Part shown: in pieces, positions 23,447-25,090 of the stretch
How the letters are laid out: each line of letters opens with the position of its first letter
How positions within the stretch are numbered: the stretch's first letter is position 1
Origin: a virus
Taxonomy: Duplodnaviria; Caudoviricetes
DNA length: 25,090 nucleotides
IMG/VR virus record: IMGVR_UViG_3300042847_000001
Span: 1 to 25,090 of that record
Strand: one strand, 5' to 3'
Notes under the pieces: model-generated
Databases searched by the model: none
Told to the model about the DNA's origin: nothing
What the model saw: only the letters and a program-made list of their open reading frames with translations
Position numbers and translations under genes: made by a program

Positions 23447-25050
23447 GCAATCATCGCTGCGACGTCCAGCGTCGTCTCGCCGCACTTCATCGCCCCGATC
23501 GCCATCAGCGTTGATACCGCAAGGTCGATGCGGCCATAGGTGCGGCGCTTCTCTGGCTTGCGGTTTTGCTGCGGCGTGCCCGCCTCATGCACCAGCACGG
23601 TATTCGAGATGCACCACCGCAACACAGGATGGCCGCCGTGAACCAGCCGGCCTTCCGTCGCCGCCACTTCGAATTCACGGATGGCCGGCGAATAGGACTT
23701 GTAGCCCTGTACGAACCCCTCCAGCGGCAGCACGATGCCGAGCCGGGCCATGTCGGAAATCAAACGGATGATGTTCCACTTGTCGTAGGCAATCCGCACC
23801 AGGTTCATGCCGCTGCTGGCAGCCACGATGTCGGCCAGCACATAGTCATAGTCGATCGTCAGCCCCGGCGTGGCGTTGAGTTGTCCGTCGCGGTGCCAGG
23901 CATCATACGGCGCACCGTCGCGCTGCGTCCTGGTCAGCAGGGTTTTTTCCGGCGTCCAGGCGAATGGCTTCAGATGAATGCGGTGATGGTCGTCCTCGGC
24001 CGCCAGCACCAGCGCCGTCAGATCCAGCCGTGCCGACAGATCGAGCCCGCCGAACACCGGCCGGCCGTCGGTAAATACTTCATCGCTGACCGGACCATTG
24101 CCGAGCGACCAGACCGCCGGCGTGCAGAGCATATCCGCCGATGCCGCAATGCGCTGGTTGCAGCGCAGATTGCGGAACGCGCTTTCCGCCGACGGCATGC
24201 GCCGCGCCTGCTCAGCTTCCTTGAACAGTGTCTCGGCATCCAGGAACACACCGAGCGCCGGGTTGGCCGCGCGGATCACGTCATGGTTGAATACGTCGGC
24301 GCCGGTCGGAACAGCCGTCAGGTCAATGATGATCGACGGATCCTTTTCGCTCAACCCGTCATCGATCAGTTGCGATAGCGGATGCTCGTCATCCTCGGCC
24401 TGGGTCGACAGGATGATGCCGAGGCAGCGTTTGCGCTTGCCCATCGCGGTCCGCAGCGCATCGAACAGCTTGCGATCCCGCGTCTGCGCCATCTCGTCAT
24501 AGGCCCACCACGACGGTGCCAGACCATGGCCTCGCCGTGCATCGGACGACAGTGCCTCGTATTTGGAACCCTTGCCGGGGCCTTCCGTCACTTCGATGCA
24601 GCGCCGCTGCCCGCCGCTGCGGATACGGGTCACCGCTGCGAATTCATCGACGGCCTCGATGATCGCCGCCATCTCGTCATGCATCAGCGCCGATTGCTGC
24701 CGGTTGACTGCAGCCGAATAGCACTCGCCACGTTCCTCGGCCTCTGGCCCGAGCAGATGACAGAGTGCCAATCCCGCCACCAACCCGGTCTTGCCGTTGC
24801 CGCGCGGTTCAGACCGCACCGCCAGCCGGACTTCGCTTGACCCATAGACAGCCTCGATGAACCGCCGTTGGCCCGGCAATAGCTTCAGGTTGCTGCCGAT
24901 CTTGATGCCTTTGGTGATCGGTAAAAATTCCAGAAAAGCAATCACGCGATCAACGCGAGACAAGCCTTTCCGCTTCCAGGGCAGAATACGCTTGCGTTTG
25001 TCCGCGATGCTTTGTTGCGCCGCTTTCTGGACAGCCGTCGTGTTACCCAT
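23443..25050 (-). CDS. terL: Terminase large subunit, 535 aa
   Basis: Walker A PRGNGKTG, Walker B WAYDE, coupling motif ILSTQ, nuclease motifs GGLDLS, AYDKW and RIDLAVS. Confidence 0.95.
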   Translation of the reverse strand: MGNTTAVQKAAQQSIADKRKRILPWKRKGLSRVDRVIAFLEFLPITKGIKIGSNLKLLPGQRRFIEAVYGSSEVRLAVRSEPRGNGKTGLVAGLALCHLLGPEAEERGECYSAAVNRQQSALMHDEMAAIIEAVDEFAAVTRIRSGGQRRCIEVTEGPGKGSKYEALSSDARRGHGLAPSWWAYDEMAQTRDRKLFDALRTAMGKRKRCLGIILSTQAEDDEHPLSQLIDDGLSEKDPSIIIDLTAVPTGADVFNHDVIRAANPALGVFLDAETLFKEAEQARRMPSAESAFRNLRCNQRIAASADMLCTPAVWSLGNGPVSDEVFTDGRPVFGGLDLSARLDLTALVLAAEDDHHRIHLKPFAWTPEKTLLTRTQRDGAPYDAWHRDGQLNATPGLTIDYDYVLADIVAASSGMNLVRIAYDKWNIIRLISDMARLGIVLPLEGFVQGYKSYSPAIREFEVAATEGRLVHGGHPVLRWCISNTVLVHEAGTPQQNRKPEKRRTYGRIDLAVSTLMAIGAMKCGETTLDVAAMIA

Positions 25051-25090
25051 CGATCCCTTCGAAGATTTTTTTTAAATGCGTGTGAAAATT

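Larger units (their letters stand above)
975..25050 (-). mobile_element. Siphovirus-type phage/prophage packaging, head and tail module
   Basis: Continuous co-oriented array of packaging, head, connector, tail and fibre genes with many overlapping stop/start codons. The boundaries of the element lie outside the window. Confidence 0.93.

Noticed and set aside
4998-25050. Gene transfer agent (RcGTA-like) cluster, suggested by the GTA-gp10-like chaperone and DUF3168 gene
   Set aside because: Gene order, fused protease-capsid, 574-aa tape measure, linked fibre/spike genes and accessory inserts fit a genuine siphophage better. These families are shared between GTAs and phages.
2027-25075. Many long plus-strand ORFs (e.g. 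2327-3337, 7616-8506, 8356-9282, 10357-11535, 14266-15237, 18461-19375, 23566-24378)
   Set aside because: They lie antisense to well-supported phage genes, have Arg/Pro/Ala-rich compositions with no motifs, and are the expected shadow ORFs of high-GC coding DNA.

Overview
The window is almost entirely the virion-morphogenesis (late) operon of a GC-rich, long-tailed (siphovirus-type, HK97-fold) phage or prophage, read on the minus strand. The host is probably an alphaproteobacterium of rhizobial type; this is inferred from protein family resemblance, not proven. Gene order from the right end: terminase large subunit, small ORF, fused prohead protease/major capsid protein, terminator, charged hypothetical, portal, collagen-like protein, head-tail connector, small ORF, head closure, tail completion, then a ~5.3 kb two-gene insert (a cadherin/Ig/FN3/SPRY multidomain protein and a 1154-aa glycoside hydrolase family 9 cellulase-like protein carrying phage-type inserted modules), terminator-like hairpin, tail tube, tail assembly chaperone with a -1 frameshift site, HK97-gp10-like gene, tape measure, distal tail/baseplate genes, a fibre with an S74 chaperone, a beta-helix tailspike, and three small membrane/lipoprotein genes with no recognisable endolysin. 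At the left end, on the plus strand, are a PEP-CTERM-type surface protein and an unannotated 33-aa hydrophobic peptide ORF whose RBS and start codon lie in hairpins. The most unusual element is the adhesin + GH9 cassette inside the tail genes. All family assignments come from motif recognition by eye; no database searches were run. No rRNA, tRNA, CRISPR array or integrase was seen.
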